From a virus (taxonomy: Duplodnaviria; Heunggongvirae; Uroviricota; Caudoviricetes), in IMG/VR virus record IMGVR_UViG_2563366966_000001: a stretch of DNA of 52,942 nt. The stretch is one strand, 5' to 3'. The notes under the pieces are model-generated. The model saw only the letters and a list, made by a program, of their open reading frames with translations, had not been told where the DNA came from and searched no databases. The translations under genes and the position numbers were made by a program. Below are positions 36,036 to 44,922 of the stretch, in pieces. Every line of letters starts with the position of its first letter. The stretch's first letter is position 1.

Positions 36036-36341
36036 ATGTCATTACAAGTATCGCACTACAACATGCTTAGGGCAAGTCACGAAGGAAGTCAGAAAGTAGT
36101 CGTAAGAACGGTGATCACTGTCCGCTTTGTGCCAGGAGCAGCCATTGCTAAGTCCATCCTGTATTGTGCAGGTCAGCTCGTTTTTAAAGAGTCCGGCCAT
36201 CATCTTACTGGTACAGACACCATATACTTTGTGACGGTCAGGCTACATATGCACAACTCAACTTATTCATCTATTTTTTGCTTTAGCATGTCAGTGTTGC
36301 TTTCTCGTCGGCGGGTGAGCGGTGACCTGACCTGTCGATAA
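36036..36341 (+). CDS. ydfV: Hypothetical protein YdfV-like
   Basis: 101-aa ORF at the position and size of K-12 ydfV; no independent support for coding. Confidence 0.4.
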   Translation: MSLQVSHYNMLRASHEGSQKVVVRTVITVRFVPGAAIAKSILYCAGQLVFKESGHHLTGTDTIYFVTVRLHMHNSTYSSIFCFSMSVLLSRRRVSGDLTCR

Positions 36342-36493
36342 AGGAACGTAACACGTTTTATGCAACACCCGCATGCGGCAGAAAATTATTGCCGAACGTT
36401 TACCCCTGTCAACAAGCTTTACTTTCTGAGGCGCGCCAGCCCGCGAGGAAAACAATCTGAACATCAAACAATTAATGACACAAGAAATACGAT

Positions 36494-36520
36494 TAAAGAT
36501 TTTTTTGTGCATGCCGATAG
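36494..36520 (+). promoter_or_regulatory. Sigma-28 (FliA) promoter of flxA
   Basis: TAAAGATT-11 bp-GCCGATAG matches the sigma-28 consensus TAAAGTTT-N11-GCCGATAA; 24 nt upstream of the flxA ATG. Confidence 0.75.
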
Positions 36521-36543
36521 TGCTTTTTTAAAAGGAGAAATCT

Positions 36544-36876
36544 ATGTCTGTCACAATTCAGGGAAATACCTCAACCGTTATTTCAAACAACTCCGCCCCG
36601 GAAGGAACATCAGAAATAGCCAAAATCACAAGACAAATTCAGGTGCTGACTGAAAAGCTTGGGAAAATCTCATCGGAAGAGGGGATGACGACACAGCAGA
36701 AAAAAGAAATGGCTGCATTGGTACAGAAGCAAATTGAAAGCCTCTGGGCTCAACTGGAGCAGTTGTTAAGGCAGCAGGCAGAGAAAAAGAATGAAGACGC
36801 GACAGTTCAGCCTGATAAAAAAGAAGAGAAAAAAGACGATACAAATACCGCTGGCACCATTGATATTTACGTCTAA
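36544..36876 (+). CDS. flxA: FliA-regulated protein FlxA
   Basis: 110-aa ORF with AGGAGA RBS, matching FlxA. Confidence 0.85.
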   Translation: MSVTIQGNTSTVISNNSAPEGTSEIAKITRQIQVLTEKLGKISSEEGMTTQQKKEMAALVQKQIESLWAQLEQLLRQQAEKKNEDATVQPDKKEEKKDDTNTAGTIDIYV

Positions 36877-36890
36877 GTGACAGCCGTATT

Positions 36891-36914
36891 GTGGCCCTCA
36901 TCGGGCCACTTTTC
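36891..36914 (+). terminator. Rho-independent terminator of flxA
   Basis: Hairpin GTGGCCC-TCATC-GGGCCAC followed by TTTTCG. Confidence 0.65.
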
Positions 36915-36963
36915 GCCATCAGCCTTTTCTTTAAAGACATATTATCTTTGTATCATTTCTGAT

Positions 36964-38812
36964 AGTTAACATTACAAGATATAAGTAATGGACGCACTCC
37001 CAATTAGTCTATTTAAATCGCCACGAGTTTAACTGACAACCCATGATCAATTATGAATTGCAACTATTTCTGTAGTCACTTTTGTGGGGACAGTCCACAA
37101 AACTGCCAACTTCCGCTTCTTGCTCTTAGCGGACATTAGCATAGGCTATTTACCATAACGCCTCATTACGCGCACCGCCCAGACTGACTCAGCGCGTTTC
37201 TGGCATATCCCCGGTAAAACAAGTAACAAACCACCCGAAAATGAACACCAGAAACGCGACTTAAGAATCTACCCTATGAATGGATATGCACTCAACCGAA
37301 TCGATCTTGGTTTCAATCTTTTTTATCGGGATCAGGCTTCTTTTTAGGTAACTTCGGGGGCTTAACTTGCTGATGACTTTGCGTTCGGCGCGTAAGCCAG
37401 GGATGGTCAGCTTTAGGTTTAACATAGTATTTTGAGCGTAAATCAATACGGGCATTATCCACTCGTTCATGGACACTCTTTTCATCATCCAGTGGTATAG
37501 GCTCCGGGCCATCAACATACTTTTCCCAGCCCAGCGCTTTCCCGTCATACAGAACGTTAATTTCACCGTCAAAGTTCTCGCATACAGTAACAACCGAATG
37601 CCTAAGTCGATATCCCCGGCCCTCACTGCGTACCTGAAACGCACTGCTTTTGTACTGGAAAGTGAGATTTTTAGACAGAACGCGCTTCGCCTGTAGGCTG
37701 AAGATATAACCCAGTTCCTCTTCAGAATGGTGCACATCAAGATGAGCATTATCAGTAGTACGAGGCGACGTAGCGAACCGGTTGTTATAGGCTTCAATAA
37801 AGGTCGGCAACCATGCATTTGCTGTTTCAATATCACTGATATTCTGAAGCCGCATTTCTTTGACCAGCCTGTCCTGTAGTGTCTGATTGGCGCGCTCTAC
37901 CCGCCCTTTTGCCTGCGGGCTGTTGGCATGGATTGGCTCGATGCCCAGTGTCTTTATCGCACGAGTGAACTGGGTCAGCTCACCTTCCCGCTCTGGGTTA
38001 TTTACCCTGAATATACTGTGTCTATCAGAGTAGAGAGCGAGCGGTACGCCATGATCATTAAGGTAACCCCGGAGGGTTTCCATGTAAGCCCGGGTTGTTT
38101 CAGCAGGCACAAAACGCAACGCCATCAACGCACTGGTGGCATCATCAATGAAAACGATCAGTGTACATCTGGGGCCTCGATTTTCAAACCAGTCATGAGG
38201 TGAGCCATCAATCTGGATCAGTTCACCGTAAGATGGTCGTCGCATGCGGCGTTGATATATACGGGCAATTTTACGACGGCGTTCACGCCATAACCCCTCT
38301 TCTATCATCCACTTTCTGAGAGTTTCAACGGATAAAGATAAACCGTGTATCTCGCGCAATTTTTCGCACGCAAACGTAGGTCCAAAATCAGCGTAACGGC
38401 CTTTGAGGAGTGAAATTACTGTTGCTCTGAATTCAGTAGAAAAGGAATTATTAGGACGCTTTCCACGTCGGTGGGAAACCAGACCAGAAGGCCCTTCATT
38501 TCTATACCGTTGCACCAGACGTTTAACCTGCCGAATAGAAATGCCAATGCGTGCCGCAGCTTGTTCCTGAATAATCTGAAGTCGGTGGAGTTCCTTATGA
38601 CTCATCGTAACAGTCTCTTTGATCATGAAAAATCCCCCAGAGAATTGTCTGGGGACATTTTAGAATGGTTCAAAGGGGACATTACAGCTTGGTGTTAACA
38701 ATAGCCTGCTTCTCCGTGCCTTTCGGCACGTAAGAGGCTAACCTACATGTGTCTAGCATGAAATTGGCCTCAGATTAATGTTAAGCGTCTTGCAGGACGC
38801 GTAATGTTAACT
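36964..38812. mobile_element. Possible extent of the IS481-like element, bounded by a 12-bp perfect inverted repeat (AGTTAACATTAC / GTAATGTTAACT)
   Basis: Inverted repeat at 36964..36975 and 38801..38812 flanking the transposase ORF; no target duplication identified, so boundaries are tentative. Confidence 0.3.
37313..38626 (-). CDS. DDE transposase with N-terminal HTH (integrase-core type; IS481-family-like)
   Basis: 437-aa ORF; HTH-like N-terminus (RIGISIRQVKRLVQRY) and integrase-core signatures (D...D...E with GRVERANQTL); no IstB-like partner. Confidence 0.7.
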   Translation of the reverse strand: MIKETVTMSHKELHRLQIIQEQAAARIGISIRQVKRLVQRYRNEGPSGLVSHRRGKRPNNSFSTEFRATVISLLKGRYADFGPTFACEKLREIHGLSLSVETLRKWMIEEGLWRERRRKIARIYQRRMRRPSYGELIQIDGSPHDWFENRGPRCTLIVFIDDATSALMALRFVPAETTRAYMETLRGYLNDHGVPLALYSDRHSIFRVNNPEREGELTQFTRAIKTLGIEPIHANSPQAKGRVERANQTLQDRLVKEMRLQNISDIETANAWLPTFIEAYNNRFATSPRTTDNAHLDVHHSEEELGYIFSLQAKRVLSKNLTFQYKSSAFQVRSEGRGYRLRHSVVTVCENFDGEINVLYDGKALGWEKYVDGPEPIPLDDEKSVHERVDNARIDLRSKYYVKPKADHPWLTRRTQSHQQVKPPKLPKKKPDPDKKD

Positions 38813-38985
38813 GGGGCTTTTCTCTATCTGCCGTTGGTGTCCATGCCCGAGGCAGATAGCCTCAAGCACCCGCAGTCATTCTACTTAACTAAGATTTCCC
38901 CGCAAACCGTTTTTGTCCAGCACAGTAAATATCCAACTAAACCAATGGAGTTCGCTGTATTTACCGCCAGTATTCAATGCACATG

Positions 38986-39000
38986 ACCGCCATGAACACC
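38986..39000. repeat. 15-bp direct repeat ACCGCCATGAACACC, left flank of IS2-like element
   Basis: Identical 15-mer immediately outside both ends of the IS2-like element. Confidence 0.85.
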
Positions 39001-39091
39001 TGAGCTGGCCCCCTGAAATACCAGACAGTAGATGTATCTTAAAATAAGAGATAGGCTTGGATATATGTCTAACACTAGTTCTAATTTTGAG

Positions 39092-39460
39092 ATGGCTGGC
39101 GTTTTGTTAGGAAAAGAGGTGCGTAAACGTAAAACACCTCAGGAAAAAATCGCAATTATTCAACAGACTATGGAGCCGGGCATGACGGTGTCCCACGTGG
39201 CGCGTTTGCATGGAATTCAGCCCAGTCTGTTGTTTAAGTGGAAGAAACAATACCAGGAAGGAAGCCTCACTGCTGTGGCTGCCGGTGAAGACGTTGTTCC
39301 TGCTTCTGAACTGGCCGCTGCAATAAAGCAGATTAATCAGCTTCAGCGTTTACTGGGTAAGAAAACCATGGAAGTTGAGATCCTCAAAGAAGCGGTGGAG
39401 TATGCACAATCGCGAAAATGGATAGCGCATGTGCCCTTGTTACCTTCGGACAAGGAATAG
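39092..39460 (+). CDS. IS2-type OrfA (InsC-like, HTH)
   Basis: Similarity to IS2 InsC ([28 protein letters not shown]); ATG at 39092 chosen by alignment to InsC. Confidence 0.75.
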   Translation: MAGVLLGKEVRKRKTPQEKIAIIQQTMEPGMTVSHVARLHGIQPSLLFKWKKQYQEGSLTAVAAGEDVVPASELAAAIKQINQLQRLLGKKTMEVEILKEAVEYAQSRKWIAHVPLLPSDKE

Positions 39461-40299
39461 CCCCGGTAAGCCGTGTTCTGGGCGTGTCACGTGCGCAGTT
39501 AACATTACGGATGAAGGCATCTGATAACAAGCCAGATAAACGGCGTCAGAGGCGCGATGAGGCTGCGGATGCAGAAGTCTTATCGCGCATCCTTGATATC
39601 ATTGGCGATATGCCAGCATACGGGTATCGCCGTGTCTGGGCGATACTCAGGCGGCAGTCCCGAAATGAAGGACTACCGTTCGTGAATGCAAAGCGTGTTT
39701 ACCGGATAATGAGCGAAAATAGTCTGTTGTTGTTACATGACAAACCATCACGACGGCAGCGGGAACATAAAGGCCGAATATCGGTGAAGGAAAGCGACCA
39801 GCGTTGGTGTTCCGATGGCTTTGAGTTCGGTTGCGATGATGGCGAAAAACTGCGTGTTACGTTCGTCCTGGACTGTTGCGATCGTGAAGCCATAGACTGG
39901 GCCGCAAGCACGGGAGGTTACGATAAAGCGACAGTGCAGGATGTGATGTTAGGAGCGATAGAAAAACGCTTTGGCGATAAAGTACCGGAACAGTCCATCC
40001 AGTGGCTGACAGATAACGGTTCAGCGTACAGAGCGCATGAAACACGGCAGTTCGCCAGAGAGCTGAATCTGAAGCCCTGCACAACGGCAATCAGTAGCCC
40101 TCAGAGTAATGGAATGGCAGAACGGTTCGTGAAAACGATGAAGGAAGACTACATCGCGTTCATGCCGAAACCGAATGTAAGAACGGCATTGCATAACCTT
40201 GCAGTGGCGATCGAGCATTACAATGAAAACCATCCGCATAGTGCGTTGGGTTATCGCTCTCCGCGAGAATATCGACGTCAGCGGGTAATGTTAACTTAA
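39418..40299 (+). CDS. IS2-type OrfB (InsD-like DDE transposase catalytic domain)
   Basis: 293-aa ORF similar to IS2 InsD; likely expressed as an OrfAB fusion by frameshifting. Confidence 0.75.
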   Translation: MDSACALVTFGQGIAPVSRVLGVSRAQLTLRMKASDNKPDKRRQRRDEAADAEVLSRILDIIGDMPAYGYRRVWAILRRQSRNEGLPFVNAKRVYRIMSENSLLLLHDKPSRRQREHKGRISVKESDQRWCSDGFEFGCDDGEKLRVTFVLDCCDREAIDWAASTGGYDKATVQDVMLGAIEKRFGDKVPEQSIQWLTDNGSAYRAHETRQFARELNLKPCTTAISSPQSNGMAERFVKTMKEDYIAFMPKPNVRTALHNLAVAIEHYNENHPHSALGYRSPREYRRQRVMLT

Positions 40300-40530
40300 G
40301 ATACAACCCCTGTCTGGAAATAAGGGGGCAAGAACAACCGCCATGAACACCCCTAAAAAAAGGGCATTTATATATCCAAATATTAATATCAAAACATCAA
40401 CTTTTTCCATATACCTTGCTGTGAAGATGATGGGCATACATGATGCGAACAACCAGAACGCAACAAACAAAAACTGCAATGCGTTTTTCATTATTCCTCC
40501 TACAATCAATGTGCAATTACATTTAAACAC
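40291..40530 (-). CDS. Small hydrophobic protein whose 3-prime end is replaced by IS2-like sequence
   Basis: ORF of 79 aa; the last 14 codons lie inside the IS; removing the IS and one repeat copy restores a 72-aa ORF ending MCIEYWR. Confidence 0.4.
   Translation of the reverse strand: MFKCNCTLIVGGIMKNALQFLFVAFWLFASCMPIIFTARYMEKVDVLILIFGYINALFLGVFMAVVLAPLFPDRGCILS
40337..40351. repeat. 15-bp direct repeat ACCGCCATGAACACC, right flank of IS2-like element
   Basis: Identical 15-mer immediately outside both ends of the IS2-like element. Confidence 0.85.
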
Positions 40531-40745
40531 ACCTCAATTTGGCCGGACATATAAATATCTAAACCAGAAAAAATCACTTACATAGCGTTACAAACTCTTT
40601 AGTCTAAAGGTTCATCGTAAAACATTCCCCATACTTATCAGTCCGTTCCGCGCCAGGTAGCTCATTGCCTTATCTGGCAACCTGTAATCAGGTTTCCGCT
40701 TTTTCAGTTGGCTGGTCGTTTAACCGACATAGTTAATCCATTAAT

Positions 40746-41033
40746 CTAGTTGCCGGATGTTGGTGGATTTTCGCGTTTTAGTTGTTCATAAAAGTGCACA
40801 GCTTTAACCAGTTCTTCTGATGTAACTGGGACTGGTGAGGCAGTGAATAAGGCCTGAATTTGATAGTTCGGCCTGTCGTTACAATCCTCTTTTTTCGGTA
40901 CATATTTCCAGTCACCAGACCACTACTTCCCCTGAAAGTCCGTAACGCCTTTTTTCACGTAGCGATATCGCCATGCCACTGGTTTTGCTTGCCCCGCCGT
41001 TTCATGCCCTTCCTGATAATTAATCTCGCTCAT
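40746..41033 (-). pseudogene. Decayed ORF with in-frame amber codon (36 codons, TAG at 40923..40925, then 58 more codons)
   Basis: Translation MSEINYQEGHETAGQAKPVAWRYRYVKKGVTDFQGK-stop-WSGDWKYVPKKEDCNDRPNYQIQALFTASPVPVTSEELVKAVHFYEQLKRENPPTSGN. Confidence 0.3.
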
Positions 41034-41165
41034 TCATCGCCCCACTCATCACAATATGCTTCGACCGGAGTTTTTCCCGCTTCATAGTCATCACGCTAGG
41101 ATTCGACATCAGCAGCACTTCCACCGCGTAACTCACCATAGTCCATTAATAGTTCATCCCGCTCT

Positions 41166-41173
41166 TCAAAACT
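41166..41173. repeat. Target site duplication TCAAAACT (left) of IS66-family element
   Basis: Identical 8-mer at 41166..41173 and 43629..43636 abutting the GTAAGCG termini. Confidence 0.85.
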
Positions 41174-41254
41174 GTAAGCGTCGTCTCAGCACCGTCTGGC
41201 AGATCCTGAAATTCCTGAGAGAATAGTGGACACCAAATATGGTGGACGCAATCC

Positions 41255-41659
41255 ATGAAATCATTAACCGCAGTGCGTAAAAAAAGCCCTAATTATCCCG
41301 TTGAGTTCAAAATCAAAATGGTTGAACTCTCGCATCGACCAGAGATCTCCGTAGCGCAACTCGCTCGTGAGCATGGGATCAACGATAATTTGCTGTTCAA
41401 GTGGCGCCAGTACTGGCGCGAAGGAAAACTACGTCCTCCTTCAACAACAGAAAACAACGTGCCTGAGCTGCTCCCGATAACACTTGATGCCGAAGATGTT
41501 GTCCCTACAACCTCCCCCCGGTCACAACCTGTAGCTGCTGCGACACCTGAATCACTCAATATCAGCTGTGAAGTGACGTTCCGGCACGGATCACTCCGTC
41601 TGAATGGTGCCATCAGCGAAAATATCCTGAACCTGCTGATACGGGAGCTCAAACGTTGA
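41255..41659 (+). CDS. IS66-family TnpA (OrfA)
   Basis: 134-aa ORF, first of the IS66 triplet. Confidence 0.85.
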   Translation: MKSLTAVRKKSPNYPVEFKIKMVELSHRPEISVAQLAREHGINDNLLFKWRQYWREGKLRPPSTTENNVPELLPITLDAEDVVPTTSPRSQPVAAATPESLNISCEVTFRHGSLRLNGAISENILNLLIRELKR

Positions 41660-42003
41660 TCCCATTACCATCAGGGACAAAGATCTGGCTGGTCGCTGGC
41701 ATCACCGATATGAGAAACGGCTTCAACGGCCTGGCGGCAAAGGTGCAGACGACGCTGAAAGACGATCCGATGTCAGGTCACGTTTTTATCTTCCGTGGGC
41801 GTAATGGCAGTCAGGTAAAGCTCCTCTGGTCTACCGGCGATGGACTGTGTCTGCTGACCAAACGGCTGGAGCGCGGCCGCTTCGCCTGGCCGTCAGCCCG
41901 GGATGGCAAAGTGTTCCTCACACCGGCACAGCTGGCGATGCTGCTGGAAGGTATCGACTGGCGGCAGCCTAAAAGACTGCTTACGTCCCTGACTATGTTG
42001 TAA
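41656..42003 (+). CDS. IS66-family TnpB (OrfB)
   Basis: 115-aa ORF overlapping tnpA stop. Confidence 0.85.
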   Translation: MIPLPSGTKIWLVAGITDMRNGFNGLAAKVQTTLKDDPMSGHVFIFRGRNGSQVKLLWSTGDGLCLLTKRLERGRFAWPSARDGKVFLTPAQLAMLLEGIDWRQPKRLLTSLTML

Positions 42004-42051
42004 GCCTCTTTATCCTGGTCGACGCTGAATGAGCCTGGTAATATACCCGGT

Positions 42052-43587
42052 ATGAGCAGCTCACTTCCTGACGATATCAATGCACTGAAACGTCTCCTTG
42101 CCGAACAGGAGGCGCTGAACCGTGCCCTGCAGGAAAAGCTGAACGAGCGTGAACGCGAAATAGACCATCTGCAGGCACAGCTGGATAAGCTGCGCCGGAT
42201 GAACTTCGGCAGCCGCTCGGAAAAAGTCTCCCGTCGTATCGCACAGATGGAAGCTGACCTGAAGGCACTTCAGAAAGAAAGTGATACCCTTACCGGTCGG
42301 GTTGACGACCCGGCCGTGCAGCGCCCGCTGCGTCAAACCCGCACCCGCAAACCGTTCCCCGAATCACTCCCCCGCGATGAAAAACGGCTGCTGCCGGCAG
42401 CGTCATGCTGCCCGGAATGTGGAGGCTCGCTGAGCTATCTGGGTGAGGATGCCGCCGAACAGCTGGAGCTGATGCGCAGCGCCTTCCGGGTTATCCGGAC
42501 TGTACGTGAAAAGCATGCCTGTACTCAGTGCGATGCCATCGTGCAGGCCCCCGCGCCTTCACGGCCCATCGAGCGGGGTATCGCAGGACCGGGGCTGCTG
42601 GCCCGCGTGCTGATCTCAAAGTATGCAGAGCACACCCCGCTGTACCGCCAGTCTGAAATGTACGGCCGCCAGGGCGTGGAGCTGAGTCGTTCACTGCTGT
42701 CGGGCTGGGTGGATGCATGCTGCCGGCTACTGTCACCGCTGGAAGAAGCGCTTCAGGACTATGTGCTGACTGACGGTAAGCTCCATGCTGATGACACGCC
42801 TGTCCCGGTGCTGTTGCCAGGCAATAAGAAAACGAAGACCGGGCGGTTATGGACCTACGTTCGTGACGACCGTAACGCCGGGTCAACGCTGGCGCCGGCG
42901 GTGTGGTTCGCTTACAGCCCGGACAGAAAAGGCATCCATCCGCAGACCCATCTTGCGGGGTTCAGTGGTGTACTGCAGGCGGATGCATACGCCGGGTTCA
43001 ACGAGCTGTACCGGGATGGCCGGATAACGGAAGCCGCCTGTTGGGCTCACGCCCGCCGTAAAATCCACGATGTGCACGTTCGCACCCCGTCAGCCCTGAC
43101 GGAGGAAGCGCTGAAACGGATCGGCGAACTGTACGCCATCGAGGCAGAGATAAGGGGAATGACGGCGGAGCAGCGCCTTGCCGAACGTCAGTTGAAAACG
43201 AAACCGCTGCTGAAATCCCTGGAAAGCTGGCTGCGTGAAAAGATGAAAACCCTGTCGCGACACTCAGAACTGGCGAAAGCGTTCGCATACGCCCTGAACC
43301 AGTGGCCGGCGCTGACGTACTATGCAGATGATGGCTGGGCTGAGGCGGACAATAACATCGCTGAAAATGCGTTGCGGATGGTCAGTCTGGGCCGCAAAAA
43401 CTACCTGTTCTTCGGTTCGGATCATGGAGGAGAGCGGGGAGCGCTGCTGTACAGCCTGATCGGGACGTGCAAACTGAACGGAGTGGAGCCAGAAAGCTAC
43501 CTCCGCTATGTCCTTGACGTCATAGCCGACTGGCCGATAAACCGGGTCGGCGAACTGCTCCCCCTGGCGCGTAGCACTGCCGACTGA
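42052..43587 (+). CDS. IS66-family transposase TnpC
   Basis: 511-aa ORF with N-terminal leucine zipper, CxxC zinc-binding motif and DDE domain typical of IS66 transposases. Confidence 0.9.
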   Translation: MSSSLPDDINALKRLLAEQEALNRALQEKLNEREREIDHLQAQLDKLRRMNFGSRSEKVSRRIAQMEADLKALQKESDTLTGRVDDPAVQRPLRQTRTRKPFPESLPRDEKRLLPAASCCPECGGSLSYLGEDAAEQLELMRSAFRVIRTVREKHACTQCDAIVQAPAPSRPIERGIAGPGLLARVLISKYAEHTPLYRQSEMYGRQGVELSRSLLSGWVDACCRLLSPLEEALQDYVLTDGKLHADDTPVPVLLPGNKKTKTGRLWTYVRDDRNAGSTLAPAVWFAYSPDRKGIHPQTHLAGFSGVLQADAYAGFNELYRDGRITEAACWAHARRKIHDVHVRTPSALTEEALKRIGELYAIEAEIRGMTAEQRLAERQLKTKPLLKSLESWLREKMKTLSRHSELAKAFAYALNQWPALTYYADDGWAEADNNIAENALRMVSLGRKNYLFFGSDHGGERGALLYSLIGTCKLNGVEPESYLRYVLDVIADWPINRVGELLPLARSTAD

Positions 43588-43628
43588 ATAACACATCCCC
43601 GTCAATACGGTTCTTGCTGCACGCTTAC

Positions 43629-43636
43629 TCAAAACT
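43629..43636. repeat. Target site duplication TCAAAACT (right) of IS66-family element
   Basis: Identical 8-mer at 41166..41173 and 43629..43636 abutting the GTAAGCG termini. Confidence 0.85.
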
Positions 43637-44106
43637 GATGTTATATTTAGCTGAACAAAAATCAGCCACTTTGTTCTTCCTCATCGTCTTTTATTTCGTG
43701 GTATGAGTAATTGCAGTAGTTAAAGAAAATTTCTTATGCTCCGTCATGAATTTCCTCAGGTGTTGCGTCATCGTCCACTTCGAATACATCCTCAAAATCT
43801 CCACCAGCTATTCCCGTTTCAATAATAATTTTGAACTTTCGCATTTCACTACCGCCCTTTCGGGCGGCCTCCTGATGTTCTGAGGGTGCAGAAATCCATC
43901 CGGTTAAGGATTAAATTTTATTTACAGAACTGAATTTAATTATTCAGATATACGTATCTGTAGCCTTACGAATCTACTCACTGGATGCCTCTTTCATAAA
44001 AATAATCCAGTGGGTTTTATCGTTTTTTCCCTGTTCGTTGACAGATAACAGGTTTTCTGTCTGTCAGTGCCAGAATCTGGCTTACCGGTATTTGCGTTTC
44101 ATTCCA

Positions 44107-44463
44107 TTAAAAAATCAGAACGCCGTGCGGCCTCAACACCCGAAAGGCTTCTTTAAATCTCTGTCGCGAATCATCACGCCAGGCATCTTTATTCAGCCGT
44201 CCATATTTCTTTCCCATCCAGGCGTTATCACCAACACTCTCAAGATGCGGAGGGTCTAATACAACCATCGAAAAAGATGCGTCTGCAAATGATAATGCAC
44301 GAAAATCTGCGATAATGTCAGGGCTGATAATCAAGCGTCTCCCATTGCGTAATGTGTATCCTTCTTTTCTGATATCGCTGAATATCGCCCGTTCGTCAGA
44401 CTTATCGAACCAGAACATGCGGCTGCCACAGCACATATCAAGAATGGTTGCCGGTGCACTCAC
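44107..44463 (-). CDS. SAM-dependent methyltransferase-like protein, probably truncated (motif I-like DMCCGSR and motif IV-like DPPH)
   Basis: 118-aa ORF; order motif I then D-P-P-H resembles gamma-class amino-methyltransferases, but the ORF ends about 48 aa after DPPH. Confidence 0.45.
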   Translation of the reverse strand: MSAPATILDMCCGSRMFWFDKSDERAIFSDIRKEGYTLRNGRRLIISPDIIADFRALSFADASFSMVVLDPPHLESVGDNAWMGKKYGRLNKDAWRDDSRQRFKEAFRVLRPHGVLIF

Positions 44464-44882
44464 TGCGCCACGTCCTGAAAATTACCCTGATAGAAAGCCA
44501 GTATGCGCTGCATAACTTCGCTCTTCCGGCACTCGCGACAGATTATGTTTAGGCGACTGTCGTAGCGACGTATTTCTCCGTCAGGTGATGACCAGATAAG
44601 GTCCGGATCAACCACAGCAGGTTTCTTCACCTTTGCCCTCGAGAGTTTTTTGCGGGCGTTTTGCCAGTCCTTACGCGCCTGTTCAGAGGGGAATAACCCG
44701 TAGCCGGAGTTGTATACATCGCCACTGGCTACCAGCTCTCTGGCAAGAACGCTCATCAGATATCTAGTCGCACCTGTTTTAGCTTCCAGTTGCCGTAACG
44801 TCTCACGGCCGCTCTGGCGCACGAGTTCCACCACCTGCCATTTAATTTTTTCCCGCTCTTCTTGTGTAAAAACTTTTGCCAC
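44460..44882 (-). CDS. Hypothetical protein (140 aa), translationally coupled to the methyltransferase-like ORF
   Basis: Stop codon overlaps the downstream start (ATGA-type overlap at 44460..44463); no recognisable domain. Confidence 0.55.
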   Translation of the reverse strand: MAKVFTQEEREKIKWQVVELVRQSGRETLRQLEAKTGATRYLMSVLARELVASGDVYNSGYGLFPSEQARKDWQNARKKLSRAKVKKPAVVDPDLIWSSPDGEIRRYDSRLNIICRECRKSEVMQRILAFYQGNFQDVAQ

Positions 44883-44922
44883 AAGTCCCCCTTAAAATTA
44901 CCTCATGACCTGAAATCAACAC

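Larger units (their letters stand above)
39001..40336 (+). mobile_element. IS2-like insertion sequence (IS3 family), 1336 bp
   Basis: Ends TGAGCTGGCCCCCTGAA... and ...GGGGGCAAGAACA resemble IS2 terminal inverted repeats as recalled; two overlapping ORFs (InsC-like, InsD-like). Confidence 0.8.
41174..43628 (+). mobile_element. IS66-family insertion sequence (tnpA, tnpB, tnpC), 2455 bp
   Basis: Three-ORF IS66 architecture; imperfect terminal inverted repeats beginning GTAAGCG; flanked by 8-bp direct repeat TCAAAACT. Confidence 0.9.

Noticed and set aside
37261-37836. 191-aa minus-strand ORF overlapping the IS481-like transposase
   Set aside because: Alternative frame entirely inside the transposase gene; no independent support.
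40560-41173. Short plus-strand ORFs (75 aa at 40860..41087) in the region between the IS2-like and IS66 elements
   Set aside because: No RBS and poor composition; the minus strand carries the more gene-like, though decayed, reading frames.
43264-43632. 122-aa minus-strand ORF inside the IS66 transposase gene
   Set aside because: Antisense to the intact 511-aa TnpC; typical overlapping-frame artefact.
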